DNA from: Podarcis gaigeae
Lineage: Eukaryota
Length of the DNA: 64,000 nt
NCBI GenBank assembly: GCA_964106915.2
Contig: OZ066917.1
Direction: 5' to 3' (one strand)
Shown here piece by piece: positions 32,142-44,600 of the stretch. The position numbers and the translations under genes are program-made. Every line of letters begins with the position of its first letter. Within the stretch, counting starts at the first letter, position 1. Below the pieces are notes generated by a model. It was not told the origin of the DNA, ran no database searches, and saw only the letters and a list, made by a program, of their open reading frames with translations.

Positions 32142-32180
<39 letters not shown>
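31768..32180 (+). mobile_element. L2 LINE 3' fragment with (ATT)n tail
   Basis: FKVLVLTLKALNSLGPVYL; L2 3' UTR. Confidence 0.88.
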
Positions 32181-32181
<1 letters not shown>

Positions 32182-32582
32182 GTCTAATCTCCCCACAAAC
32201 AAATCAGGATAAATACACATTAAATCGCCAGTGTTGTCTAAACTTTCTACACTCTTGAAGTAGGTCACCTGAAAGTAATCCCTTCTACATCCCACCAAAC
32301 CTGCAATGTTGCCTCTTGCATTCTACATCAAGTATCTACTATCAGGATACAGAGTCCTGTAAAACAAGGTTCCAAGAAGTCCAAGAGAGTTTAAAAGGAA
32401 CAGAAACTGCCTACATAAGTTAGTTGGAAAGGAGGAGTCACCAGATTGCAAAAGGATAAAGGCTGGGTTTCATTCTGCCAGGTACTTCCTTCTACACACC
32501 ACACCCATTTTATCAGTGACTCTTAATTGAATACTGAAGCAAACGGCAGCATGTTAAAAGGAGAAAGCAACACCCTCCTGAA

Positions 32583-32670
32583 ATGTGGTGGTTACACGCT
32601 GCTTTTCAAAGATCACCAGTGCTGGGATTATGTGTCTTCACCTGTTTCGTGGCTTGGTGTGTGAGAGCAG
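32583..32670 (+). CDS. LIPI: LIPI exon 1, signal peptide ([29 protein letters not shown])
   Basis: Hydrophobic leader ending VRA; G|gtaaga donor, phase 1. Confidence 0.8.
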
Positions 32671-35600
32671 GTAAGATAACCAATTACAAGTTCCTCATGT
32701 ATTTTTGCTATAAGGAAACGAAGCATACATTTCAGACTTTCAGACGGTATTGTGTGAGTCATGATTCTCAGTGCCTGTCAGATTAACGTGACTTCACAAA
32801 CAGTACAAAGGTTATTCCTCCGTTGTAAAACAAATAAAGGTGCCTTTGACCTCTGGACAAAAAAATGCAGCTAGATTGACCTTGTGTGGCGAAAGAGAGC
32901 AGGAAAAAAATAATAATCCCTTGCTGCTGAGATGTAATAGTGTAGCTCTACCACTGAATATATTGTATAATATAGAGGACTGGCTCAGTGATAGAGTATG
33001 TGTGTTGCATGCAAATGTTTCCAGAATCAATCCCTGGCACCTACAGTTAAAAGGCTAGAAAGCTGTGGTCAGAAAAGACACCACTAGGCTGGATGAACCA
33101 GTGGTCTGACTCAGTATAAAGCAGATTCATACAATTTAAACATCTAAGACCCTGATTCTTCAAAGCATGCTTGTTCAAAAATAAGTTCCACTGCATGCAA
33201 TGGGACTTACTCTCAACAAACTATTCTCTCATATGAACCTGCCCAGGCCCTGAGATCTTCAGGGGAAGCCCTTCTCTCGGTCCTGCGACTCTCACAGGCA
33301 TGCTTGGTGGGGACTGGAGAGGGCCTTCTCAGTGGTTGCTCCCTGATTTGGAACTCCCTTTCCAGAGAAGTTAGACTGGCTGCCTTCCACTGGCAGGTGA
33401 AGACCTTTTTATTCAAACAGGCCCTTAGGAACTGACTGTTTTGAAGGAAAGAATTAGTGCTGTGATGTTTTTATCATTGTTGCTTTGTATTTTTAATACA
33501 TTTTAAAATATTGTTTTATTTTGATTAGCATTTAATTGCTTTTTAATGATTATCTTAATATACTTTTAGCTTTTTCTATTTTAACTGTGGTTTTTTTAAC
33601 TGCCTTAAGTCTGGGGAAAAGGCTGGAAACAAACAAACAAACAAACCTAGAACAGAAGCCTAACCGTGTCATTATTTTAAAAAGTTATTTGCTTCTCATA
33701 TTCAGACATATCATAAATTATATCTGTACAAAGATAATGGTGTCTCAGACACACAAAATGACAGAAGATCAATGTGAGGTTTTGCATTAATGTTGACTGA
33801 CACTGTGGAACAGTTTATGTTTGCTGTGTTACATTTAACATATTCAAGTAGTATGTGTCCAATGCATTTCTGTATTGTAGTGGTTACATTGTAGGTATTT
33901 TCAGCCTGCAGGCATTATCTTTGACACAACAGGAACATTTTATGACAGAAAAGTATTAAAGGCAACCATTCTAACCGTAAAAATGCACACATTATATTAA
34001 AAGGACTAACACAGGTTAGGGACGGTGGAATTTTCATTCTTTGTAATAGAGCTTGTTTGAATGACAGTAATTTGAATGCATTTTTAGGTACAAAAGACGA
34101 AGAAGATGTAAGCTTGTCATAATGGTAAAACTCATTGAAACATTTGCAAAATATGGCCTATTTAATCAGATGCAATGTTGTATTAAACAGAGCAGACTTG
34201 GACCAGCCAGCCCAGGTTCAAATCCATTCTCATGTGAGCTATGATGTTTGCTGGGTGACCTTGGGTAAATTCCTGATTCTGATGCAGAAATAAACCACTA
34301 GCACATCTGCAAAGCTAAGCAGGGTCCAGTGTGGTTTCAAATTGGATGGGAGACCACGTGCTGAGATGCCTGTATTGCAGGGGGGTTGGACTAAATGACC
34401 CTCAAGGCCTCTTCCAATTCTACAATTTTATGAGGCCAAGCTCCTTTGCAGGTTTGTTGGAGTAAGCTTCCTTGCATACTTTGTAGGTCGGTGAGGTAAC
34501 TTGTGGTTTTAAAAAGAATTGTCTTAACTGATCAAGTGTTTTATTTCTCACTTATTTTATCTTTCAGATACAGAACAAGAATGCCCTAAAAGAATTGTCT
34601 TAACTGATCAAGTGTTTTATTTCTCACTTATTTTATCTTTCAGATACAGAACAAGAATGCCCTAAATTTACTGATCTTAACATAGGCAATGCCATGATTG
34701 GTACAGACGTAAAAGTGCAACTGCTTTTGCACACAAGGAGAAACCAAAACTGTGCAGAGATTCTCAGTGAAAACAATCTAACGGCTTCTACACATCTAAA
34801 TCTGACCAAGCAAATTATTATTATTATTCATGGTTACAGACTTACAGGTTCCCCACCAGTATGGATTGATGAAATTAAAGAGCTTCTGCTTAAAAAGGAA
34901 GACAGCAATGTCATAACGGTAGATTGGAATCGGGGTGCCACGACTGTGTATTATCCTAGTGCTGTTAAAAATGCCAAGACAGTAGTAGGAATTTTGAACA
35001 ATCTTATTGACCAAATGCTGGTAAGGAAGCCATGGCACAACAGCCTTCTTACCTCTCTCTAATCCAGTATACTGTCTTATAAGGGTGACAGGACCTTGGT
35101 TAGTTCTTGGTAAATGTACCTAGTATAAGGCTGTAATGAGATGTATGACCTTTCACTGTTTGCTTTGCCGTTCACATTATGCTTTTGTGTATACGGAAAA
35201 TATTTTTGTGCAGAAAAATGTGTGAACTCACATGCAGGCTAACACTGCAATAATTGCACAGTTGTATATGTGCCACAGACCCATGGCCGATCATACTTGC
35301 CCAGGATTTGTAAACACAGTAAAAAAAAAAAGTCTGTGCATGATCTGCATAGCTTTCACACTTTTTTATAACATGAAAATGTGTGAAGTAGCCCTTAGAG
35401 CTGAGGCACATCAGCCACAGCAAACTAGCAGTGGCTGCTTTCATGTTTGATGATGCAGTGGCTCCGAACTCCTGCTGAAGCATGCTGCTGAACTTGCTGC
35501 CGTGTGCAATACTGAACTGTCTTGTACTCTTGTACAATGGCAAGAAATAATCAAACCTGGACAGGCTGTAGCTCATTGGAAGAGCTTGACATACAAAGGG

Positions 35601-38600
35601 CCTCAGGTTCAATCTTTAGCATGTCCAGCTAGAGCAAGGAAAGACTTCTTCCCAAAATCCCAGAAAGCCACAGCTTGTTAAGGGAAGTTGTAAACAGTAC
35701 AGAGCTAGTTCTCCAGGAAAAGGGATTGATTGTTAAATCACTCTGAAAATTGCAGCTCTGTTTCCTAACAACTCTCAGCCTCCTTAACAAGCTACAGTTC
35801 CCATAATGAAGTGGTGGAAGCCATGGCTGTTTAAAGTGGTATCAAAGTGCTTTAAATATATGATGTGAATGTGGTCATAGTCTCCATGTTTCCCTTGCTT
35901 TACTGCACTGAAGAAAATGGTTGCTCATGCTACATAGAAATAACCAGAAATATAGTCAATGTGGGTATATATTGCATAGTAATAAATATATGGCATTTTT
36001 TGTATCTTTAAAGAGGCAACAAAGGCATTAGTTTTCTGCTACAAAGAACTTCCTTTTGAAGTTGCTAAAGAAATTGTTTCATGTCTCATCTTCTCTTGAA
36101 AAGCCTTTGGACTTCCAAAGCTGGAACATGGCTATTTAAGAAGGAAGAATAAAAGCTGGTTTGCCCTCTGTGGTTCACATTCCTATAACCTTCTATCCAT
36201 ACATATTTACTGACAGGCAAATGGAGTGTCTCTTGACTCTGTATATATGATTGGAGTAAGCCTTGGGGCTCATATAGCTGGATTTGTTGGGAAGGCATAC
36301 AATGGCAAAATTCGCAGAATTACAGGTAAGTGTTAAAAACTGGACATTCTGGTGTTTTATTCTCTATTCTCATTCTTGTTTCCCTATGCTGAATGATTCA
36401 ATTTGTCATAGAAAGCAAACAAAGTCAAGCTGGCTTAGTCACCCAACATAAGGTACAGTGCCTGGGGTGGGTTTAAGTGAGTTGGTCATAGTCATGTACA
36501 TAGTTGAAAATTTGTCCACCTTCTAAAAGATACAGTTTAAACCAGGGGCAGCCAACATGGTGCCCTTCATATGTTTTGCAGTGCAATTCCCACCAGGTCC
36601 AGCCAGCATGGCCAATGGTCAGGGATGTTGTGGACATGTAATCTACAACATCTGGCTCTTGTGGTCTTCTGCATTATTTTATAAAAGTATAATGTATGTT
36701 TGTGTTTATAAATGTTTTGTGAAAGCTGCTTGGAGATCTTTGGCTAACAAGCAACTAAATAGTCAGATTATTATTATTACAGTGGTGCCTTGCAAGACAA
36801 AAAGAATCCATTCTGCGAGTCTCTTCGTCTAGCGGTTTTTTCGTCTTGCGAAGCAAGCCCATTGACGGCTTAGCGGATTAGCGCTATTAGCGGCTTTTAG
36901 CGGCTTAGCGGATAAGTGGCTTAGCGGCTTAGAAAAAGGGGGGGAGGAAAAAAACCCCGCAGGAACTCGCAAGACATTTTCGTCTTGCAAAGCAAGCCCA
37001 TAGGAAATTCGTTTTGCGAAGCACCTCCAAAACGGAAAACCCTTTCGTCTAGCAAGTTTTCCGTCTTGCGAGACAATCGTCTTGCGGGGCACCACTGTAT
37101 TATTATTATTAATGTACCATGTTGGCAACTTCTGACTTAAACAATGAAAAGGCAGCTTCTGGTGACGCCCTTCCTCAGTTTTTAAAGTAGAACCAGTGGA
37201 GGTCAGCTGTTGTTTAAAGAAATCTCAGTCAACACTGACCTTCAGCAAACACATCATGAATGCAACGATGTTCAGGGATATGAAATAAGAGTTTACCACT
37301 TTAATCCCAAATACTTGGGTCAGAATTTACAAAGTGTTAAGTATTCTTTAGTTACCTTGAATTCAACTGTTGTGACTCTTCAGTGAAAGTGATTGCTGCA
37401 ATCAGTGGATTTACATTCTCTCTGATAATCCTGACCTGCATCCTTCTTTCCTTTGGGAGGAGAACGGGCAAATTGGAGAGAAAGCTCATTTGTTTAAATA
37501 GTGGGTGTGTTTTATATTACTTTTGTGCTGATGAAGCTTAACAGTTGGGAGGAAGCTTGTGACTATATACTTGTGTGTTTTATCCTGCTGTGGTCTGCTT
37601 CCACTCAAATACTATTTACAGATTCGTATGTACATACATGTGTGCATGTGCAATTCCTATTATAATAAGCTAAATTTTTCATTTCTCATACCAGGTCTTG
37701 ACCCAGCAGGGCCATCATTTACAGGAAAGCTGCCCAGTGAAAGATTGGATCACACTGATGCTCAATTTGTTGACGTTATTCATACTGATATTGATGGTAA
37801 TTATACCATTTTGGATTTCCATTATCGTAATGGAGAATGATTCCCCACAACCCTAATCTGGTTTGCTGGGAGAAAAATAACTATTTCAAGTGTTCTGAAA
37901 GGCTTATACATAACCAAAAAACAAAAACAGTTTTTTATTCTTTTGAAGCAACACTACTGGCTGGTCTTGAATACACACTAGTTCAAACTCAATTCATTCA
38001 GGCAGAATGACTTGCACTGTTCATTTGTTCCTGGCCAGTGCAATTAACCAATTTCTGTAAGTATCCCCAGTGGGTTTTGGTGGAAAAAAACCAACTGCTT
38101 TGAACTCACAGGAAGTCGTGCCTCTTCTTAAATAAAGGAAAAAAATGTAATGTTTATCTTGCTAGATTGTTCAGATAAAAACTCTCAAGAATGGCTGATA
38201 GTTCCAAGTGTGTGTCTGCATAGGAATACAGTCTAAAAAATTGTATGAAACACTGCATTTTAAAAGCCTGGGAAATAAAAAGGGCTTCACCTGGTGCTGA
38301 AAAGGAATCAGACTCACTGCCAAGTTTGGCTCCGTGAGGAGAGCCTTAAATGCTTTATGTTTGGTTCCCTGAACAATCTTAGAATTTATCAGGGCTGGCC
38401 CAATAATGGCATCTGGCAGGTCATTATGTTTGCCTGAGGAAAGGGCCATCTGCTATTCCAGGGAAAACATGACCAGCCTTGGCCAATTTATAACCCACCT
38501 ACTCACCCCATGCAGGATGTTCTAGCCAAAGCATCAGTCACATAGTTGTCACACACTTGTCACTTAGTTATGTGTCACTGGAGCCTGGGAAGTGTCTTGG

Positions 38601-41600
38601 TTCCAGTTTTTCTGAGCCTGCAGGACCATCCCTCCACAACCTCAACTTCTGTGCATCCATTAATTACTTCTCCATAATATAATCTCATTGGTTGTTGTTA
38701 TCTTTGTAAATATGAATAATAGTTCTTTTGTCGTTTTGAACATTCTGACAAATGCATGAGAAAAGTGTTATCATTTATTGTGAAATGACATCTGTATTTT
38801 TATTCACTATATGTTTTATTTTTCTTAGCTTTGGGCTACAGGGAGCCTTTGGGAAACATTGATTTCTACCCAAATGGAGGAACAGATCAACCTGGATGCC
38901 CAAAAACAATATTCAGTGGTAAATACAGATAAATTAATTCTAATAGATAAAAACATCAGGAAGGGTTATGCTCTGGAGTCAAATGGGTTTTCACAAATCA
39001 ACTCGCAAATATATTAGCATCAAATAAATATTTCCAGGCAGAATGTTGGAATGGTCCTCCTGACTGATATTCTTTACATGCACCCTTTATGGTGTCATTC
39101 TCCCTTTTGAAGCGAAAAGACTGCACCAATTTTAATATATAGGTTTCACCTTGAGGTGGGACTGCTGCTTCTAATTAAGGTTTTCTCATATGGAAGGAAA
39201 AGAAACTTTACAGTCTTTTCTATGCATTGTACTTTATGTACTGTGTAATACTAGAAAATGAAATTGGTTGGGTTTTGAAGCTGAGTTAAAGCATGTGATT
39301 TCTGTGGTGCAGTGGATCAGTGTGTCTGGCTGTTAACCAGAAAGTTGGTGGTTTGAGCCCACCCAGGGATGGCTGTGGTCAGGATTCCTGCATTGCTGGG
39401 GTTTGACCTAGATGGCCGTTGGGGTCCCTTCCAATTCTACAATTCTATGATTCTACAAATGATTTTGCTTAAATTTATTTCAAAGCTTTCATGGGTTATC
39501 CTGTTCTAAATAAATTTGTAGCATAACTGCCTCTCCAAGTTAACTACTGTTGCAAGGGTTACTGAGATAATGGATGTGAAGTGCTTTGAACACTCAGGGT
39601 TGTTGCGTTCATTGTGTGTGTGGAATGCTTGGGTGAAGAGCATTCCACTCACACAATGACAGTTCCCCTTCCTTTGCTCCCATTTCAGCATACCCCCCCC
39701 AATTTGTTACAGAGAATCTCCCCAAGGCCCTGCAGCATATTATGAGGGTGCCCAGGGGGATGCAGAGGAGTGGAGGACAAAGTTCCATTGCACAAGGAGA
39801 TGCCTTTCTCAAGCAGAAGGATCTGATACAACCTCAGAAATGTCATATTACCATATGAACACCATATGTTTACAATATTGTGCATTGCTAAAATTATATT
39901 CCAGAATGCCAGTGTGGCTGAAGTAGGCTCAGTCACAATGAGTCTAGTTACAAGAGAGCAGCAGTCAGTTCTAACTGAAGAAATACCTGCACTTATTCAG
40001 GGAATCAGAAGTTTCCTTAACATCTGCCAGGGCTTCAGCAAAGACATGATAAGAAAGCCTGCACAAGGCAATACAGATGGAATAGCTGCTTACAGCTGAA
40101 AGCATGAGAGTGGGATGTCATGTTCACAACATTATTGCATGTTCTTTTACAAGTGCAGATATCTGCTATGAAAACTGTCCATAACTGAAGAGGAGAAAGA
40201 ATAGAGAGGGATGGCACCAGTCTAGGAATCTCCAGAGGAAGAGTCTTCCAGTGATGGCAGTCCCAAGGAGGAGCCATCAGCCCGTATGAAGCCATGGGCA
40301 CCATAGCTCACATCACCCCTGAACCACCAAAAGGCACCTCTGCCACCAGACTCCAATGACTGGTCCACACATACCTCTGAGGAGAGCCTTTGAGGAGATG
40401 TCCTTACAGCCTGAAGCCACAGGACCTAGATGTCCTGGATCCCCAGCCTACCTGGCAACAATTCCCTCTAGCATATACAGTATGTCAAATCCAAAGTTCA
40501 GCTGTCAGAAAACATGGTCCAGGGGGCAATCCACATAAGCAAAGTCCATCAGTCCAGAAACACAATCCAGAGTCAAACCCAAAGCACAGTCCTGTAGAAG
40601 TCCTGCAGCACCCAAAGCAAGCTCCATCAACATAGACAGTTGAGCAGACACAGTCAGCTTTGCTTCCCTTTTATCCCTTGCATGTTAGTTGCAGCATCTG
40701 GGCTTGTCAGGACATGTGACCCTCACCTATTCGGAGGCTACTCCAGCTGAGGAATCACACACCTCCTTTCAGAGCTAATGAGCCCACACCTGGGCCATGG
40801 GCCCTGGCCTGCCTCGGCCTCCAAAAGCATACCTCCCACTTCTCCCTGTGCCCCAAAACCTGCCTTGTTTGTGAAGACAGCGGCTTCTCTGGCTCTGATG
40901 AGCTAGTTGAGTCTCTAGTTATTGGATATGCAGCCCAAGGAATCCTCCACTTTCTTCAGAACACTGCTGAGGCAACTGGTATGTTTTGTCTCAGCAGCAA
41001 AGTCACTATTTGTGGTCTTGAAATCCCAAACCTTGGTCTCTCTCCAAGGTGCTGATCCTTGCCTTTCTGTATGGAACCCTGGGACCACTGGCCTCCTCCT
41101 TGCATCAGATATCACATATTCTCAGTGGTGGTTATCCCTATGGATCAGAATATAACCTACGGATGAGACTTGCTATAGAAAACACAGAGCTTCTTTTGAG
41201 TTAGCTATTGTGTCCCATGATGGGAATCTGTGCAAGAACTGATTGTAGGAAAACATAAAATGATGCAAAAGTCAAATTTGCCACTTTAAAACATAATACT
41301 GTTTAGCACATGTGCCACCACTATTTGACAGGCAGCCTTTTTTTGTAAGATTCACATTAATTTGGCAAGCTTTTATATATGCTTAGATGACAACCTAGTC
41401 TTACACTGATAATCAGTGATTTCCCCCCTAACAAAATGTTTAGCGGTACTCTCATTTTGACTCAAGAAAATCACCATTTTATAGTTCAAATCAGGAAAAA
41501 TAAATACAGTAAATGGACAAAAGTACAAAGATTCACAAAATGTTTAGGGGTATGTGTACCCCTGTGTCCCCCCAGGGAAAAAAAATCACTGCTGATAATC

Positions 41601-44600
41601 TATAAAAGGAAACTATCGGTTGAACTTAAAATGTTGTTGCTTAATAATATTAGTATTGCTTTTATAAAACTAACATTGCATTGCTTCATTGTTTCTTTTG
41701 TAACACTTTCTCTACTTTAAGGCACCCAGTATTTAAAATGTGATCATCAGAGATCTGTTTTCTTGTACATGGCATCCTTGAAACAGAATTGTAATGTAAC
41801 TGGATACCCTTGTGACTCGTACGTAAATTATAGGAATGGAAAATGCGTGCACTGTGAAGCTTTTCAGCCACTCCCATGTCCAGTTTTGGGTAAGAGCTAT
41901 TAATTATCCTGCAAGTGGAAACAGCATGCTATGGATAATTTCCTGGTTGTGCAATAATGAAGATACTGGCTGTGCACAGATAATTAAACATTAGCTTAAT
42001 AGACCAGTTATATGCATGTATTTCATACACCTGCACAGCACCCCTTTGCTTCTTCTTTGCTTCTGGTGCAAACCAAGGAATCAAACCAGGAAGTAACTGT
42101 ACTTCCTGTTACACATGAACCAGGAATTACTGTTGACGTCTTCCAGATAGGTTCTAAGTTACCTTCTGAATCTGACTTGTTTTGGGGATGTTCTTGTTCT
42201 TATGGTTTGCACAAGACAAAAGAAAAGCAGTTAAGCCAACTAATCCAACTGAACTGAGGGCAATTGTGGCTACTCTCTGAGTATCTCTTCTTCACCACAC
42301 CATCGTCTGCATGGGGCCACAAGCTTAGTAAATCAGTAAAGTAAGATGACTAATAGTGACATAAGACAGAAAGGAATGCACATATATATTATATTATAGC
42401 TGGAGTGACAAAGGAGCCAAAGTGTAATCCATTTTCCTGTGCATAAACTGACTGACTATAATAGAACTCAGCGTGCATTACTTGCGTCTAAGTTCTTATG
42501 AGCTGATGTTAGTTTTGATTTCCCAGAACGTTATATAACAAAAACCAATCTTCATGATTTTTATCTTTCCTTTGTTTGTTAATTTTCTGCTGAACACATT
42601 CCAATTTAAATTTCAGGTTATTATGCTGATAAGTGGAAGGGCCGTTTAATTGAAAAGAACCCTCCTGTGACAAGAGCTTACTTTGATACTTCAGACAAAG
42701 ACCCATTCTGCAGTAAGTGATTAACCATTCTCTGTACCCTTTCTCCAGTTTTCATTATCTAATAACATTATGAACAAACCGTTTTTTTCTGTACAGATAG
42801 CATGGCACACTCTTGATTAAACTTCGTTCTCTGTTGCGGTATTGTTTATGCTCAGAAGATCTATGTGTAGGAAGGGGAAAACGCTGAAAACAGGAAATTA
42901 TCTGGGCACCTGGTAAAAGATGACAAATGAGCTGGAAATGAGATTCAGCTGGATTTGCATCGGATAATCAGAAAAAAATATTTAAGAATTACAAAGAAAG
43001 AGAAGCAAGTTATCTAGGTGCTTGCTCCAATGCACTGCATCATGATTTGTATGTCAATGTGATTTTCAGATGCTCACATTTCTGTGGGTTTGAAAATTTG
43101 AGAATTTGATGTGTGTCAGCCAATCCTTGCATGCTACGTGGAGTCTGAAACGGGGATTAGGGGGATTACAGTATCATCACCACAGCTTTTCTTGTACATA
43201 TAACCAGTGCTGTTTTTCTAGAAAAAGAGGTGCCAAAGCTCACCACGAACTTCTCCCTTGTTCTCTTAGAATGGCAATGGCACCCATTTACAATATGCAT
43301 AGTAAGCATAAAACACCACCACATCATGGTGAATACTAGCATTTTAAAACCATCTAACTTAGTATTAAGTATCTTTGATAGTATTAAAATCACAGATATT
43401 AGACCACAGATATTAGACCTACAATCACAGATATTAGACCTACATTCTGTAATACAATATTACAACAATATTACAACAATACAATGCTTCAAACATTTAG
43501 TTTTGCTTTCTCTGTTAGCATGGACCTATTGTTATCTTTGTCTCTCTCTTGGCAATCTTGATTGGTGTCTACACAACAAAGGGATTTTAATGGCACTTTT
43601 TTCACCCATCAAAATCTGAGGGAGGGACAGTTTGGAGATGGGGAGCTAGGCTGAACCAGATGCAGCCTGGGGGTTGTAGAAGTTCATGTTGCTCTCTGGG
43701 AATTGAAGACAAGATCAGTGGTTTGGATGCCTGCCACCGGACACCATTTGCTTCTACTATGCTATGTTTGCAGTGTATGTTTCCTTTACAAATGCAGTGG
43801 TACCTCGGGTTACATACCCTTCAGGTTACATACCCTTCAGGTTACATACGCTTCAGGTTACACACTCCGCTAACCCAGAAATAGTGCCTCAGGTTAAGAA
43901 CTTTGCTTCAGGATGAGAACAGAAATTGTGCTCCGGCGGTGCAGCGGCAGCAGGAGGCCCCATTAGCTAAAGTGGTGCATGAGGTTAAGAACAGTTTCAG
44001 GTTAAGAACGGACCTCCGGAACAAATTAAGTACTTAACCCGAGTTACCACTGTATGCAAAGAGATCACAAGTCTCAAGAGTGCTCTCAAACTGAAATCCC
44101 TGGCCATAGCACCACTTGGAGAAGGGCAGCCGAAGTTATTTTCTGCTAAGCACAATATTTTATTGCATTAATTTACCTTTCTTTCCTCCTCTCCCTTCAG
44201 TGTATCATTACTCTGTGGATATTATTACCTGGAACAGAAATAGTAGGAGAGGTTTCATAAACATCAAAATAACAGATGATGCTGGAAATACAACAGAATC
44301 CAAAATTAATAGGTGGGTCTTATTTTAGTCGATCTTTTCTTTATAGAAGTCACTTCAGCCATAAGTATACCTAAGTCCCATTGAGATAAGTGTTACTTAT
44401 TTCCCAGTAAATTGCATTTGGAATGAAGTGGCGGTTTGAAGATAAATATACAGAAACACTGCAAAATACAAATAGTTGTGTCTGTTTTGTCTTTTAATCA
44501 GTGTGATACAATGGCAAAGGTGCTGGCCTAAAGGAAAATAAGCATGTCTCATCAGTGTTGATGAGTTTGCAACCTGGCTTTGTTCCAATAAATACAGCAG

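Noticed and set aside
34304-34360. Apparent 5S rRNA gene
   Set aside because: Partial and diverged; part of a SINE.
36313-36315. Arg instead of the usual Gly in the xGRITGLD lipase motif
   Set aside because: The position varies in the family (LPL has Asn), so it is not evidence of inactivation.
36860-36935. Short regularly spaced repeats (ttagcggc) resembling an array
   Set aside because: Internal repeats of a MITE with no unique spacers; not CRISPR, and the DNA is eukaryotic.
39298-39371. Apparent tRNA-Asn gene (likewise the tRNA-Lys-like 48778 and tRNA-Ile-like 63290 heads)
   Set aside because: Stem mismatches and attached CR1 tails show these are SINE heads, not functional tRNAs.
43391-43445. 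cacagatattagac three times
   Set aside because: Simple local tandem duplication in an intron; no function evident.
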